The notes under the pieces were generated by a model that saw only the letters and a list, made by a program, of their open reading frames with translations, made no database searches and was not told where the DNA came from. A program made the translations under genes and the position numbers. A DNA stretch of 64,000 bases from Methylocystis sp. GTDB taxonomy: Bacteria; Pseudomonadota; Alphaproteobacteria; Rhizobiales; Beijerinckiaceae. Numbering within the stretch: the first letter of the stretch is position 1; each line of letters opens with the position of its first letter. Location of the stretch: positions 6,965-70,964 of the forward strand of contig DASPSI010000049.1 of the NCBI GenBank assembly GCA_035624015.1. The letters run 5' to 3'. Positions 1 to 11,287 of this stretch are shown piece after piece.

Positions 1-135
1 TCTTCTTTGGTCCTGTCCCTTGCGCCTTCCCCGCGACGGAAAGGCAAGTATACAATCGCGGCGCTCTGATGGCGCCCGCGATGGCCCGATTTTTACGTTT
101 GGGGTGACGCTCCCTGCGCGCCGTTCGACACGGCG

Positions 136-3100
136 CTACGCAAAATAGTCTTGCAGGGCGCGCACCTCGAGATCTCCCGACATGTAGGCCTTGACGCCTT
201 CTGCGGCGGCGACGGCCCCGGCGAGAGTCGTGTAGTAAGGGACCTTATGCAAGAGCGCGGCTTGACGCAAGGAGCGCGAGTCGGCCAAGGCCTGCGCCCC
301 CTCCGTCGTGTTAAACACGAGATGGATCGAGCCGTTCTTGATGGCGTCGACGATATGCGGGCGCCCCTCCGACACCTTGTTGATCTTCTGGGTCGGGAGA
401 CCGCGGTTCGTAAGGAACTTGGCCGTGCCGCCCGTCGCTTGCGCCGTGAAGCCGAGCTCCATGAGGAGGCGAATCGGCGCGATCATGCGCTCCTTGTCGG
501 CGTCGCGCACTGAGACGAACACCACGCCGCCTTTCGGCGCCCGTGCGCCGGCGCCGAGCTGGCTCTTGGCGAAGGCGGCGGCGAAGGACGCATCGAGGCC
601 GATGACCTCGCCGGTCGAGCGCATCTCGGGCCCGAGCACCGTGTCGACGCCGGGAAAGCGCGCAAAGGGGAAAACCGATTCCTTGACGCCGATGTGCTTA
701 TAGTCGGGTTGCGGCAGCTCGAAGGCCGAGAGCTTCTCGCCGGCCATGACGCGCGCAGCGATCTTGGCGATCGGCTTGCCGACGACCTTGGCGACAAAGG
801 GCACCGTGCGCGAGGCGCGCGGGTTCACCTCGAGCACATAGATCTCGCCGTCCTTCAGCGCGAATTGCACATTCATGAGGCCGACGACGCCGAGCGCCTT
901 GGCGAGGCTGATCGTTTGAGATTCAAGCGCCTTGATCGTCTCTTGCGAGAGTGAGCGCGGCGGCAGCGAGCAGGCCGAGTCGCCCGAATGAATGCCCGCC
1001 TCCTCGATGTGCTCCATGATGCCGGCGACCCTGGCTTGCTCGCCGTCGGCGAGGCAATCGACGTCGACCTCGATCGCGTCCGTCAGATAGCGGTCGAACA
1101 GCAGCGGGTTCTTGCCGAGCACCGTGTTGATCTGCCCGGTCTTGTCGTTCGGGTAGCGCGCCTTGACCTCGGAGGGCACGAGGCTCGGCAGCACGCCGAG
1201 CAGATAATCGTCGAGCTGCGCATTGTCGCGGATGATCTCCATGGCGCGCCCGCCGAGGACGTAAGACGGCCGCACGACAAGCGGCAGGCCCAGCTCGCCG
1301 GCGACGATGCGCGACTGCTCGACGGAATAGGCGATGCCGTTCTTGGGCTGCTTCAAGCCGAGCTTGTCGAGCAGGCGCTTGAAGCGGTCGCGGTCCTCGG
1401 CGAGGTCGATTGAATCGACGGGGGTGCCGAGAATCGGCGCGCCGGCCTCCGCGAGACCGTTCGCGAGCTTCAAAGGCGTTTGGCCGCCATATTGGACGAT
1501 GACGCCCTTGAGCCGGCCCGCGCTTTCCTCGACGTGGAGGATTTCGCTCACGTCCTCGTTCGTCAGCGGCTCGAAATAGAGGCGGTCGGAGGTGTCGTAA
1601 TCCGTCGACACCGTCTCCGGATTGCAGTTGATCATGATGGTCTCGTAGCCGGCGTCGTCCAGCGCGAAGCAGGCGTGACAGCAGCAGTAGTCGAACTCGA
1701 TGCCCTGCCCGATGCGGTTCGGCCCGCCGCCGAGAATGACGACCTTTTCGCGCGACGACGGCCGCGCTTCGCAAGAGAGCTTGCCGGCGAAAGGCGCCTC
1801 ATAGGTCGAGTACATGTAAGCCGTGGGCGACGCGAACTCGGCCGCGCAAGTGTCGATCCGCTTATAGACCGGACGCACGCCGAGACGATGCCGCAGCGCG
1901 CGCACGTCCTTCTCCTCGGTCCTCCAGAGCGTCGCGAGCCGCAAGTCCGAGAAGCCGCGGGATTTGAGCATGCGCAAATTCTGTGGGTCCTGGGGCAGGC
2001 CGAACGCCCGCACTTTGTTCTCCAGAGCGACGATCTCGCCGATGCGCGCGATGAACCAAGGGTCTATTTTGCATGCCTCGTGAACCTCGGCCTCGGACAT
2101 GCCGAGCCGCAGCGCCTGCGCGACGATGAGAATGCGATCGGGCGTCGGCGTGCCGAGCGCGCCGCGCAGCACGTTCATATCGTCGCCCTTGCTCAAGCCC
2201 TCGATTTCGATTTCGTCGAGGCCGGAGAGGCCGGTTTCCAGCGAGCGCAGCGCCTTTTGCAGCGATTCGGCGAAATTGCGCCCGATCGCCATGGCCTCGC
2301 CGACGGACTTCATCGAGGTCGTGAGAATGGGCTCGGCGCCGGGAAACTTCTCAAAGGCGAAGCGCGGAATCTTGGTGACGACGTAATCGATCGTCGGCTC
2401 GAAAGAGGCCGGCGTCGCGCCGCCCGTGATGTCATTGGCGATCTCGTCGAGCGTGTAGCCGACGGCGAGCTTCGCCGCGACCTTCGCAATCGGAAAACCC
2501 GTGGCTTTCGAGGCGAGCGCGGAGGAGCGCGAGACGCGCGGGTTCATCTCAATGACGATCATGCGGCCCGTGGCCGGATCGACGGCGAATTGCACATTGG
2601 AGCCGCCGGTCTCGACGCCGATCTCGCGCAGCACCGCGATCGAGGCGTCGCGCATGATCTGATATTCCTTGTCCGTCAGCGTCAGCGCCGGCGCGACGGT
2701 GATGGAATCGCCAGTGTGCACGCCCATCGGGTCGATGTTTTCGATCGAGCAGATGATGATGCAATTGTCCGCCTTGTCGCGGACGACCTCCATCTCGTAT
2801 TCTTTCCAGCCTAGCACGCTCTCTTCGATCAGCACCTCGTTGGTCGGCGAGGCGTCGATGCCGCTCTTCACGATGTCGATGAACTCGGCCTCGTTGTAGG
2901 CGATGCCGCCGCCGGTGCCGCCCAGCGTGAACGAGGGGCGGATGATGGCGGGCAGGCCGATGTCCTCCAGCGCGGCGAGCGCCTTGGCGAGCGTCTTGAC
3001 GTGATGCGAGCGCGGCGTCTCGAGGCCTATTCTTGTCATGGCGTTGCGGAAGAGCTCGCGGTCCTCGGCCTTGTCGATGGCGTGGGCGGAGGCGCCGATC

Positions 3101-3459
3101 ATTTCGACGTCGAATTTCTTGAGCACGCCCATTTTCTCGAGCGAGAGCGCGCAATTGAGCGCGGTCTGGCCGCCCATGGTGGGCAGCAGCGCGAAGCCGC
3201 CGGGATGCGTGTAGCGCTCCTTCTCGATGATCTTGGCGACGATCTCCGGGGTGATCGGCTCGACATAGGTGCGATCGGCCATGTCGGGATCGGTCATGAT
3301 CGTGGCCGGATTGGAATTGACGAGAACTATGCGATAGCCCTCAGAACGCAGGGCCTTGCAAGCCTGCGTTCCGGAATAGTCGAACTCGCAGGCCTGTCCG
3401 ATGACGATCGGCCCAGCGCCGATGATGAGGATCGTCGAAATGTCGGTTCTTTTGGGCAT
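136..3459 (-). CDS. carB: Carbamoyl-phosphate synthase large subunit
   Basis: [26 protein letters not shown] start, duplicated ATP-grasp halves (HTGDS/HSGDS, EMNPR/EVNPR), C-terminal MGS domain; 1107 aa. Confidence 0.99.
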   Translation of the reverse strand: MPKRTDISTILIIGAGPIVIGQACEFDYSGTQACKALRSEGYRIVLVNSNPATIMTDPDMADRTYVEPITPEIVAKIIEKERYTHPGGFALLPTMGGQTALNCALSLEKMGVLKKFDVEMIGASAHAIDKAEDRELFRNAMTRIGLETPRSHHVKTLAKALAALEDIGLPAIIRPSFTLGGTGGGIAYNEAEFIDIVKSGIDASPTNEVLIEESVLGWKEYEMEVVRDKADNCIIICSIENIDPMGVHTGDSITVAPALTLTDKEYQIMRDASIAVLREIGVETGGSNVQFAVDPATGRMIVIEMNPRVSRSSALASKATGFPIAKVAAKLAVGYTLDEIANDITGGATPASFEPTIDYVVTKIPRFAFEKFPGAEPILTTSMKSVGEAMAIGRNFAESLQKALRSLETGLSGLDEIEIEGLSKGDDMNVLRGALGTPTPDRILIVAQALRLGMSEAEVHEACKIDPWFIARIGEIVALENKVRAFGLPQDPQNLRMLKSRGFSDLRLATLWRTEEKDVRALRHRLGVRPVYKRIDTCAAEFASPTAYMYSTYEAPFAGKLSCEARPSSREKVVILGGGPNRIGQGIEFDYCCCHACFALDDAGYETIMINCNPETVSTDYDTSDRLYFEPLTNEDVSEILHVEESAGRLKGVIVQYGGQTPLKLANGLAEAGAPILGTPVDSIDLAEDRDRFKRLLDKLGLKQPKNGIAYSVEQSRIVAGELGLPLVVRPSYVLGGRAMEIIRDNAQLDDYLLGVLPSLVPSEVKARYPNDKTGQINTVLGKNPLLFDRYLTDAIEVDVDCLADGEQARVAGIMEHIEEAGIHSGDSACSLPPRSLSQETIKALESQTISLAKALGVVGLMNVQFALKDGEIYVLEVNPRASRTVPFVAKVVGKPIAKIAARVMAGEKLSAFELPQPDYKHIGVKESVFPFARFPGVDTVLGPEMRSTGEVIGLDASFAAAFAKSQLGAGARAPKGGVVFVSVRDADKERMIAPIRLLMELGFTAQATGGTAKFLTNRGLPTQKINKVSEGRPHIVDAIKNGSIHLVFNTTEGAQALADSRSLRQAALLHKVPYYTTLAGAVAAAEGVKAYMSGDLEVRALQDYFA

Positions 3460-3488
3460 GGTCGTCCGTTGGGCCGAAGGCGGCGCAT

Positions 3489-3515
3489 AAAAAAAGGCCG
3501 CGCCGCCGGCCTTTT
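3489..3515 (-). terminator. Intrinsic terminator-like hairpin between vapC and carB (vapBC terminator or carB attenuator)
   Basis: Minus strand AAAAGGCCG-GCGGCG-CGGCCTTTTTTT, 30 nt upstream of the carB ATG. Confidence 0.7.
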
Positions 3516-3615
3516 AGCCGGAACGCGTCCCGCTGGGTTGAGCGGGCGCGCCCGGCTCATTGGGTGTTGAGAGGTCTTGTTAGACGAGAAATCGGCGGGT
3601 GTGAAGGGGCGGGGG

Positions 3616-4014
3616 CTACGGCGCGCTCCAGTCCGCCACCTTGAGGCCGGGGACATTGGCGAATGCGCGATCGCTCGTCGCCAGAAAGGCGTCCGCCTCA
3701 AGCGCATGCGCCGCGATCATGAGGTCAAGCGGCGCGAGCGTCTTTCCATTGCGCTCGAGCTCGGCGCGCAGCGTTCCATACCGTTGCGCCGTTTCACGCG
3801 TCCAGGCCAGCACGTCCAGACGCTGCAGCATTTGCGAGACGAGCGCGTTGAGCTGCCTAGCGGCAGGATGCCTCGCCAGACCGTAAAGCAGCTCTCCCTC
3901 GGTGACGACGGAAATGCAGGCGTGCACGTCCTTCGTTCGCATGTGACTCCGGACAATCTCATTCCGCTTCACGAGCTGGCTCACCACGTTGGTGTCGAGC
4001 ATCACCCTTATCAT
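3616..4014 (-). CDS. vapC: VapC PIN-domain toxin
   Basis: [34 protein letters not shown] motifs; ATG at 4014 overlaps the antitoxin stop (ATGA). Confidence 0.93.
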   Translation of the reverse strand: MIRVMLDTNVVSQLVKRNEIVRSHMRTKDVHACISVVTEGELLYGLARHPAARQLNALVSQMLQRLDVLAWTRETAQRYGTLRAELERNGKTLAPLDLMIAAHALEADAFLATSDRAFANVPGLKVADWSAP

Positions 4015-4274
4015 TCGTCGAGCCAATCGAAAGGATCGCGATCCTGCGGGGGCGTCGCCCTCTCTTTTTCATCAAGGAAATCGTCGGGAGCCGGGCCAAG
4101 CTCGTCGACGAGCTGGAAGAAGCTGTCCCAGTCGGCCGGTTTTCGCGAGAGGATCACGTCTCCCGTCCGCGGGTCGCGACGAATGAACACCTCCGCGCCC
4201 TCGAAGCGAAACTCGGCCGGCAGGCGCACGGCTTGGCTGCGGCCGTTGGTGAAGAGCTTGGCTGTTTGGGGCAT
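4011..4274 (-). CDS. vapB: VapB antitoxin (AbrB/MazE/SpoVT fold)
   Basis: [21 protein letters not shown] signature; directly upstream of the PIN toxin. Confidence 0.93.
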   Translation of the reverse strand: MPQTAKLFTNGRSQAVRLPAEFRFEGAEVFIRRDPRTGDVILSRKPADWDSFFQLVDELGPAPDDFLDEKERATPPQDRDPFDWLDE

Positions 4275-4302
4275 GGGCGCCGGCCTCCTAGCGATATAGA
4301 TC

Positions 4303-4316
4303 GTGATATATATCAC
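4303..4316. promoter_or_regulatory. Perfect 14-bp palindrome, probable VapBC autorepression operator
   Basis: GTGATATATATCAC, about 30 bp upstream of the vapB ATG. Confidence 0.7.
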
Positions 4317-4402
4317 ATAAGCTGGCGGATCAATCGAGAAGAGCGTCGCGCCCGTGCGGCGGCAGGCTGTAGCAGCGCCGTTTTCGGCCGACTTCCCCCG
4401 GA

Positions 4403-4434
4403 CCTCGCTCTCCCCGCAAGCGAAAGAGCGGAGG
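4403..4434. repeat. Degenerate REP-like hairpin (CCCTCTCCCCGCAAGCGGGGAGAGGG family)
   Basis: CCTCGCTCTCCCCGCAAGCGAAAGAGCGGAGG resembles the unit at 55707-55732. Confidence 0.5.
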
Positions 4435-4567
4435 AATTCGTCACGCCGCGAAGCATCGGAATCCTGTGCATTGGGCCGTTCGGCCGTTGCGGCTCGAGCA
4501 ACGCGGGCGCCATGAAGCCTTCAGCCCTGCCGCCGATTCGGCGGCGCTCATTCAGCTGGAGCCCCAA

Positions 4568-7357
4568 ATGGCGAAGCAGGTCGGCCCGCGAAGCAAGAGC
4601 GGGCGCAAGTCCAAGGCCAAGGCCAAGGAAACCTTGGAGCGCGCCCAAACCAACGGCTGGGCGACGAGCGACGAGGAGGAGATCGAGCGGCGCCGCTGGC
4701 GCGGCCAGACCGAGATCGGCGAGGTCGTCGCTGCGCGCGCCGATCAGGGCTTCTTCGGCGACTTCCGCGTGCGCTCCACGAGCGGCTCGGGCGGCTACGA
4801 CGTCGAGATCAGAAGCCTCGACGGCTTCGCCAATTCTTGCGGCTGCATCGATCACCGCGTGAATTATCTCGGCACATGCAAGCACATCGAGGGCGTGCTC
4901 GCGGCGATCAAGCGTGGCAAGGTCCGCGCCTTCCGCGCCGCGGCTGCGGCCGGCGGCCCATCTGTCGAAATTTTTCTCGACCGCCGCGGCGAGGCGAAGC
5001 CCGCGATCCTCTGGCCCAAGTCGGCGACCGACGCGGCGCGCGAATGGCTCGCGCCCTGGCTCGAAGAAGACGGCGCGCTGACGCAGGCGCCCGAGCGCAT
5101 CGCGCAGCTCCTGGCGCAAGCGGCGGCGGCCCCCGCGCAAATTCGCGTTTCGCGCCATTTCGTCCCCTGGATCGAGCGTGCGCGACGCCGCGACGCGCGC
5201 GCCGCGGCTCTGGCGGCCTTCACGCAGGAGGTCGAGGCCGGCCGCGCGACGATCGACGTGCTGAGATCGCCGCTGCTGCCTTATCAGCGCGCCGGCGCCT
5301 TGCATCTCGCTTTCGGCGAGCGCGCGCTGCTCGCCGACGAGATGGGCCTCGGCAAGACGATCCAGGCCATCGCGGGCTGCGAGCTGCTCGCGCGCCGTAG
5401 GGGGATCGAGCGCGTCCTCGTCGTTTGTCCTGCTTCCCTCAAGGGCGAGTGGGAAGAGCAGATCGCGCGCTTCTGCGAGCGCGGCGCGCGCCTCGTCTTC
5501 GGCGCGCGCGACGAGCGCTTGGCTGCGCTTCGCGACCCGGCGTTCTTCACGATCGTCAACTACGAGCAGGTGCTCATCGACGCCGAGGCGATCAACGAAA
5601 TCTTGAAGCCAGACGTCGTCGTGCTCGACGAGGCGCAGCGCATCAAGAACTGGCAGACGAAGACGGCGCGGCGCGTCAAATCGCTGCGCGCGCCTTTCGC
5701 CTTTGTCCTCACCGGCACGCCGCTCGAGAACCGTATCGACGAGCTCTACTCGATCGTCCAATATCTAGATCCCGAGGTGCTGGGACCGCTGTTCCGATTC
5801 AACCGCGATTTCTATGCGCTCGACCAGCGCGGACGGCCCGAGAATTACAAGAACCTCTCGGAGCTGCGCGCGCGGATCGCGCCCTTGATGCTGCGCCGGC
5901 GCAAGGCCGATGTTGAGAAGGAGCTGCCGGGCCGCACCGTCAAGACTTATTTCGTGCCGCTCGCCGAGGAGCAGGTCGCGCGCTACGACGACTATCGCCT
6001 TCCCGCGGCGCAGCTGCTGGCGGCCGCGCAGCGCCGGCCGCTGCGCAAGGAGGAGTTCGAGCGGCTGCAGATGCTGCTCTCCTGCATGCGCATGGTCTGC
6101 GACACACCGGCGATCCTCGATCCGGCCTGCCGCGTCAGCCCGAAGCTCGAGGAGCTGGAACGCATCTTGACCGACCTTCTGGAGGATGGCGACCGCAAGA
6201 TCATCATCTTCTCGGAATGGGAACGCATGCTGGCGCTCGTGCGCGAGCTCGCCGGCGAAATGGGCGTCGAGGCCGCCTGGCACACGGGCTCGCTGCCGCA
6301 AGAACGCCGCCGCGCCGAGATCAACCGCTTCAAGCGCGATCCCGCGTGCCGGCTGTTCCTTTCGACCGACAGCGGCGCGACGGGGCTCAATCTGCAGGTC
6401 GCGAGCGCGGTCATCAACATGGACCTGCCGTGGAATCCGGCGCGGCTCGAGCAGCGCATCGCGCGCGCCTGGCGCAAGAATCAGACGCGCTCGGTCGCGG
6501 TCATCAATCTCGTCGCCGAGAAGACGATCGAGCACAACATCCTGCATCTGCTCGGCCAGAAGCAGGCGCTGGCCGACGGCGTGCTCGATGGCTTCGGCGA
6601 CGTAGAAAACATCGACATGCCGTCGGGCCGCGGCGCCTTCATCGAGCGCATGAACGCGGTCATGGCCGATTCCGAGCTGCGCGCGCCGCGCATAATCTCG
6701 GCGGGCGAGGCGCTGGCGGCGGAACTCCGCGGGCGTTTGGCCGAGAAGGTCCTGCTCGTCCAGGAGCGGCGCAACCCCGCCGGCGCAGCGCGGTTCTTCG
6801 TCGTCCTCGACGCCGATGCGAGCATGCTCGCCGCAGAAGAGGCGCGCGCGGCCGCGAATGGCGCGCATGGAGCGGAATTCTTGGATGTCGCGGCTTGGCG
6901 GCGCATGCAGCGGCTTGCGGCTTCGGGGCTCGTGCAATTTTTTGCCGCAGCGCGCGAGCACTACCGCTCGCCCGCGCTTGCGCCGGAGACGCCCGCTGCG
7001 AAACGCTCGGCGCAAGCGGAAGCCGTGGAGGCCGACCGCGCCTTGCGCATGGCCAAGGCGCTCTATGACAGCGGCTTTCCCGAGGAGGCGCCGCCGCTGC
7101 TCGCCAAATCGCTGCGCGCGCTGGTTTCCGCGCTCGCCGCGACGCGGGGCGAGGTGAGCGCCGACATCCGGAGTCTCGTCGACAGAGGCGCGCTGTCAGG
7201 CGAAGCGCTCTCGGTGCTGGATGCAACGCAGGACGCGCCGAGGGACGCGACGATCAAGGATGTGGCGCCGCTGTTTTCCGCCATGGGGAGGATATTCAGC
7301 GCGGTGGCGCGCAACGAGCCGGGGTTGGCGGTGCGGCTCCAGGGGCAGCCGTCGTAA
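4568..7357 (+). CDS. SWIM zinc finger-SNF2 family helicase/ATPase with extended C-terminus
   Basis: SWIM CGC-x9-CKH; LADEMGLGKT, DEAQ, LTGTP, FSEW, GLNLQ, QRIARAWR; first ATG at 4568 (ORF open from 4466). Confidence 0.9.
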   Translation: MAKQVGPRSKSGRKSKAKAKETLERAQTNGWATSDEEEIERRRWRGQTEIGEVVAARADQGFFGDFRVRSTSGSGGYDVEIRSLDGFANSCGCIDHRVNYLGTCKHIEGVLAAIKRGKVRAFRAAAAAGGPSVEIFLDRRGEAKPAILWPKSATDAAREWLAPWLEEDGALTQAPERIAQLLAQAAAAPAQIRVSRHFVPWIERARRRDARAAALAAFTQEVEAGRATIDVLRSPLLPYQRAGALHLAFGERALLADEMGLGKTIQAIAGCELLARRRGIERVLVVCPASLKGEWEEQIARFCERGARLVFGARDERLAALRDPAFFTIVNYEQVLIDAEAINEILKPDVVVLDEAQRIKNWQTKTARRVKSLRAPFAFVLTGTPLENRIDELYSIVQYLDPEVLGPLFRFNRDFYALDQRGRPENYKNLSELRARIAPLMLRRRKADVEKELPGRTVKTYFVPLAEEQVARYDDYRLPAAQLLAAAQRRPLRKEEFERLQMLLSCMRMVCDTPAILDPACRVSPKLEELERILTDLLEDGDRKIIIFSEWERMLALVRELAGEMGVEAAWHTGSLPQERRRAEINRFKRDPACRLFLSTDSGATGLNLQVASAVINMDLPWNPARLEQRIARAWRKNQTRSVAVINLVAEKTIEHNILHLLGQKQALADGVLDGFGDVENIDMPSGRGAFIERMNAVMADSELRAPRIISAGEALAAELRGRLAEKVLLVQERRNPAGAARFFVVLDADASMLAAEEARAAANGAHGAEFLDVAAWRRMQRLAASGLVQFFAAAREHYRSPALAPETPAAKRSAQAEAVEADRALRMAKALYDSGFPEEAPPLLAKSLRALVSALAATRGEVSADIRSLVDRGALSGEALSVLDATQDAPRDATIKDVAPLFSAMGRIFSAVARNEPGLAVRLQGQPS

Positions 7358-7723
7358 TCAAAGTGGGGTTTCTCCGGCCTGTTTATAGATTTCGTTCAAC
7401 CGAGTCAGCAGGTCCGGCAGGTCCGATTGCGCCGTTCGCCATATGACGCGCAAGTCGAGATCGAAATAGCCGTGGGCGATGCGATTGCGCATGCCCATCA
7501 TGCTTCGCCATAGCAGCTCGGGGTGTCGTTCCAGAAAATCTGCATGATCCCGAGCAAGCCGCGCCGCCGCTTCGCCGATGATAAGGAGATTCATCGCGAC
7601 TGCCTGCTGCGTGCGAAGGTCTTCCATAAAGTCTGATTCGGAGAGTCCCTCGATAAAAGACATGGCCAGTTGGCTCGCTTTCACGAGCTGATCCAAAACC
7701 AAAAACACGTCTCGCTCGTTCAT
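7358..7723 (-). CDS. HepT-like HEPN ribonuclease toxin (DUF86)
   Basis: RNRIAHGY matches RX4HXY; IIGEAA motif; coupled to the MNT gene. Confidence 0.92.
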   Translation of the reverse strand: MNERDVFLVLDQLVKASQLAMSFIEGLSESDFMEDLRTQQAVAMNLLIIGEAAARLARDHADFLERHPELLWRSMMGMRNRIAHGYFDLDLRVIWRTAQSDLPDLLTRLNEIYKQAGETPL

Positions 7724-8010
7724 ATCGGCGACGCCTCGCGCATGACTCTGTCGCGAATGCGACGAGGCAGCTCCTGCGGCGTCAGCAAATCGACCCGTAC
7801 GCCGAGAATCTCCTCGAGCTCGACTTGCAGCCCGCCGAGATCGAACAGCGTCGCGCCGGGAAGCGCATCGACTAAAATGTCGATGTCGCTGCCGTCGCGG
7901 TCCTCGCCATGCAGCACGGAGCCGAACACGCGTGGGTTCGCCGCGCGCGCGCGCGCGACCGCCGCGCGGACGGCCTGACGATGGGCTTCGAGCACTGCGG
8001 ACGGCTTCAT
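7720..8010 (-). CDS. MntA-like minimal nucleotidyltransferase antitoxin
   Basis: FGSVLHGEDRDGSDID matches GSX10DXD; VDLLT; 4-bp overlap with the HEPN gene. Confidence 0.93.
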   Translation of the reverse strand: MKPSAVLEAHRQAVRAAVARARAANPRVFGSVLHGEDRDGSDIDILVDALPGATLFDLGGLQVELEEILGVRVDLLTPQELPRRIRDRVMREASPI

Positions 8011-8043
8011 GGGCGCGCCTTGATCAACATACCCGCCAACGCT

Positions 8044-8104
8044 CCCGCGCCCTTCACCCTAGCCCTCTCCCAGCGAGCGGCGAGAGGGGACAGGCTGCGC
8101 GCGT
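8044..8104. repeat. REP-like dispersed repeat
   Basis: 53/61 identical (hand alignment) to 55688-55748. Confidence 0.85.
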
Positions 8105-8130
8105 CACCGGCGTTGCGTGCATACTACCAC

Positions 8131-8163
8131 AAAAAATTTCGGGCTCCCCGAAGGGAGCCCGAA
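8131..8163 (-). terminator. Rho-independent terminator of dnaK
   Basis: Minus strand TTCGGGCTCCC-TTCG-GGGAGCCCGAA then ATTTTTT, just after the dnaK stop. Confidence 0.85.
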
Positions 8164-8182
8164 CGGCCGTTTGCATCCCGGC

Positions 8183-10078
<1,896 letters not shown>

Positions 10079-10241
10079 TTTGCGCATTCCCTTTCAGTTG
10101 CCGAGAGGACGAGAGACGGAGGGCGGATTGCTCGTCAATCCCGCCGCCCCGGGGGCCCCAAACTGCTGGCGACCCTTCCGGCCTCACTCTTTCGTTCAGA
10201 TTGTATGCGCGTCCTTCCCGCGCAAGGCTATTTTGCGAATT

Positions 10242-10312
10242 CGGAGGACGGAAAATGGGGAACGGCGGACGGAAGGTCCAGTTCCCCTTCCCCTTTCCGT
10301 CGTCCGTCGCCC
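10242..10312. repeat. Inverted heptamer tandem-repeat hairpin
   Basis: CGGAGGA CGGAAAA TGGGGAA CGGCGGA CGGAAGG ... TCCCCTT TCCGTCG TCCGTCG. Confidence 0.6.
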
Positions 10313-10376
10313 GGACTGGACCTTGGGCGCCGGCGCGGCTATGCTCCCATTTAGGAAATCTTAAGGGAGCCGCGCC

Positions 10377-11015
10377 TTGCGCAGAGAAGATCGACTTTGG
10401 CATGGGGGTTTATTGCGTTTTCGCCTCCCTGTCATCTGTTCTTTGTGCTCTGCCCTTTGCCTGTCCGGCTGCCTCGACGCCGCGGTCGAGATCGGCGCGC
10501 CGCGGTCCAAGGCTGCGGCGTCGCGGGCGGGCGGCGCGCCGCTGGTCAGCCCGCACGGCGCGAGCCTCGCCCTCGTTAGCATCGAAGGCCCGCCGGAAGA
10601 AATCCGCGTCCGCTTCCAGAAGCAGCTCGCGAGCGCCGCGCAGAGCCGCGACATCGCGCTCACCGAGAGCGAGCCGCAGGCCAGCTACCGGCTGCGCGGC
10701 TTCCTGACCGCCTCGTCCGCCGAGGGCGCGACCCGGCTCGCCTATGTGCTCGACGTTTACGACAGCAAAGGGCGGCGCGTGCAGCGGCTGACGAGCGAGG
10801 CGGAACTTCCCGCCGCCGCCGACTCTTGGCAGGCGGTGGACGAGAAATCCTCTCGGGCTTTCGCGGAGCGGGGGGCCGACGCGCTTGCGGCGTTCCTTTC
10901 GACGACGCCCGAAGCCATCGCCGCCGCTGGCGGGGAAGCCGGCGTCTCGGTGGTCGCGGCCGAGCGGGCGCAGGGCGTCAAGCCCGCGGGCGCCGTCGCG
11001 GCCAATCGGCAGTAG
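10377..11015 (+). CDS. Putative lipoprotein, hypothetical
   Basis: Hydrophobic stretch ending in lipobox LSGC; host-like codon usage; start uncertain. Confidence 0.7.
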   Translation: MRREDRLWHGGLLRFRLPVICSLCSALCLSGCLDAAVEIGAPRSKAAASRAGGAPLVSPHGASLALVSIEGPPEEIRVRFQKQLASAAQSRDIALTESEPQASYRLRGFLTASSAEGATRLAYVLDVYDSKGRRVQRLTSEAELPAAADSWQAVDEKSSRAFAERGADALAAFLSTTPEAIAAAGGEAGVSVVAAERAQGVKPAGAVAANRQ

Positions 11016-11287
11016 GCCAAGCAGTACTTCCGGGAAGCAGACGCTGGACTTCGGGGGTTACGCGACGCGGATTGCAGAACCAGCAAACGAAAACTCAGGC
11101 GCAATTCTGCGCTTCGTATCATCTCCGAAAGACGGGGCGCCGGCATCGGGGCTGGCGAACGCCGTCTGCCCGCCGAGCCCATTGTTCGCGCAATTCGCCG
11201 CGAGATCGCGAGGGTCCAATCTCAGCTTCTATTTAAGCGATTCGTATAACGTCCGGCAGCCAAATGACTAGGCCCACAGCAATAGAC

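Noticed and set aside
1-135. Possible greA leader downstream of carB
   Set aside because: Synteny makes it plausible, but the gene lies outside the window and cannot be supported
10322-10352. Sigma-32-like promoter CTTG...CCCATTT
   Set aside because: Wrong strand for dnaK and a 20-bp spacer; no CIRCE seen, and a minus-strand candidate near 10198-10226 is too weak to call
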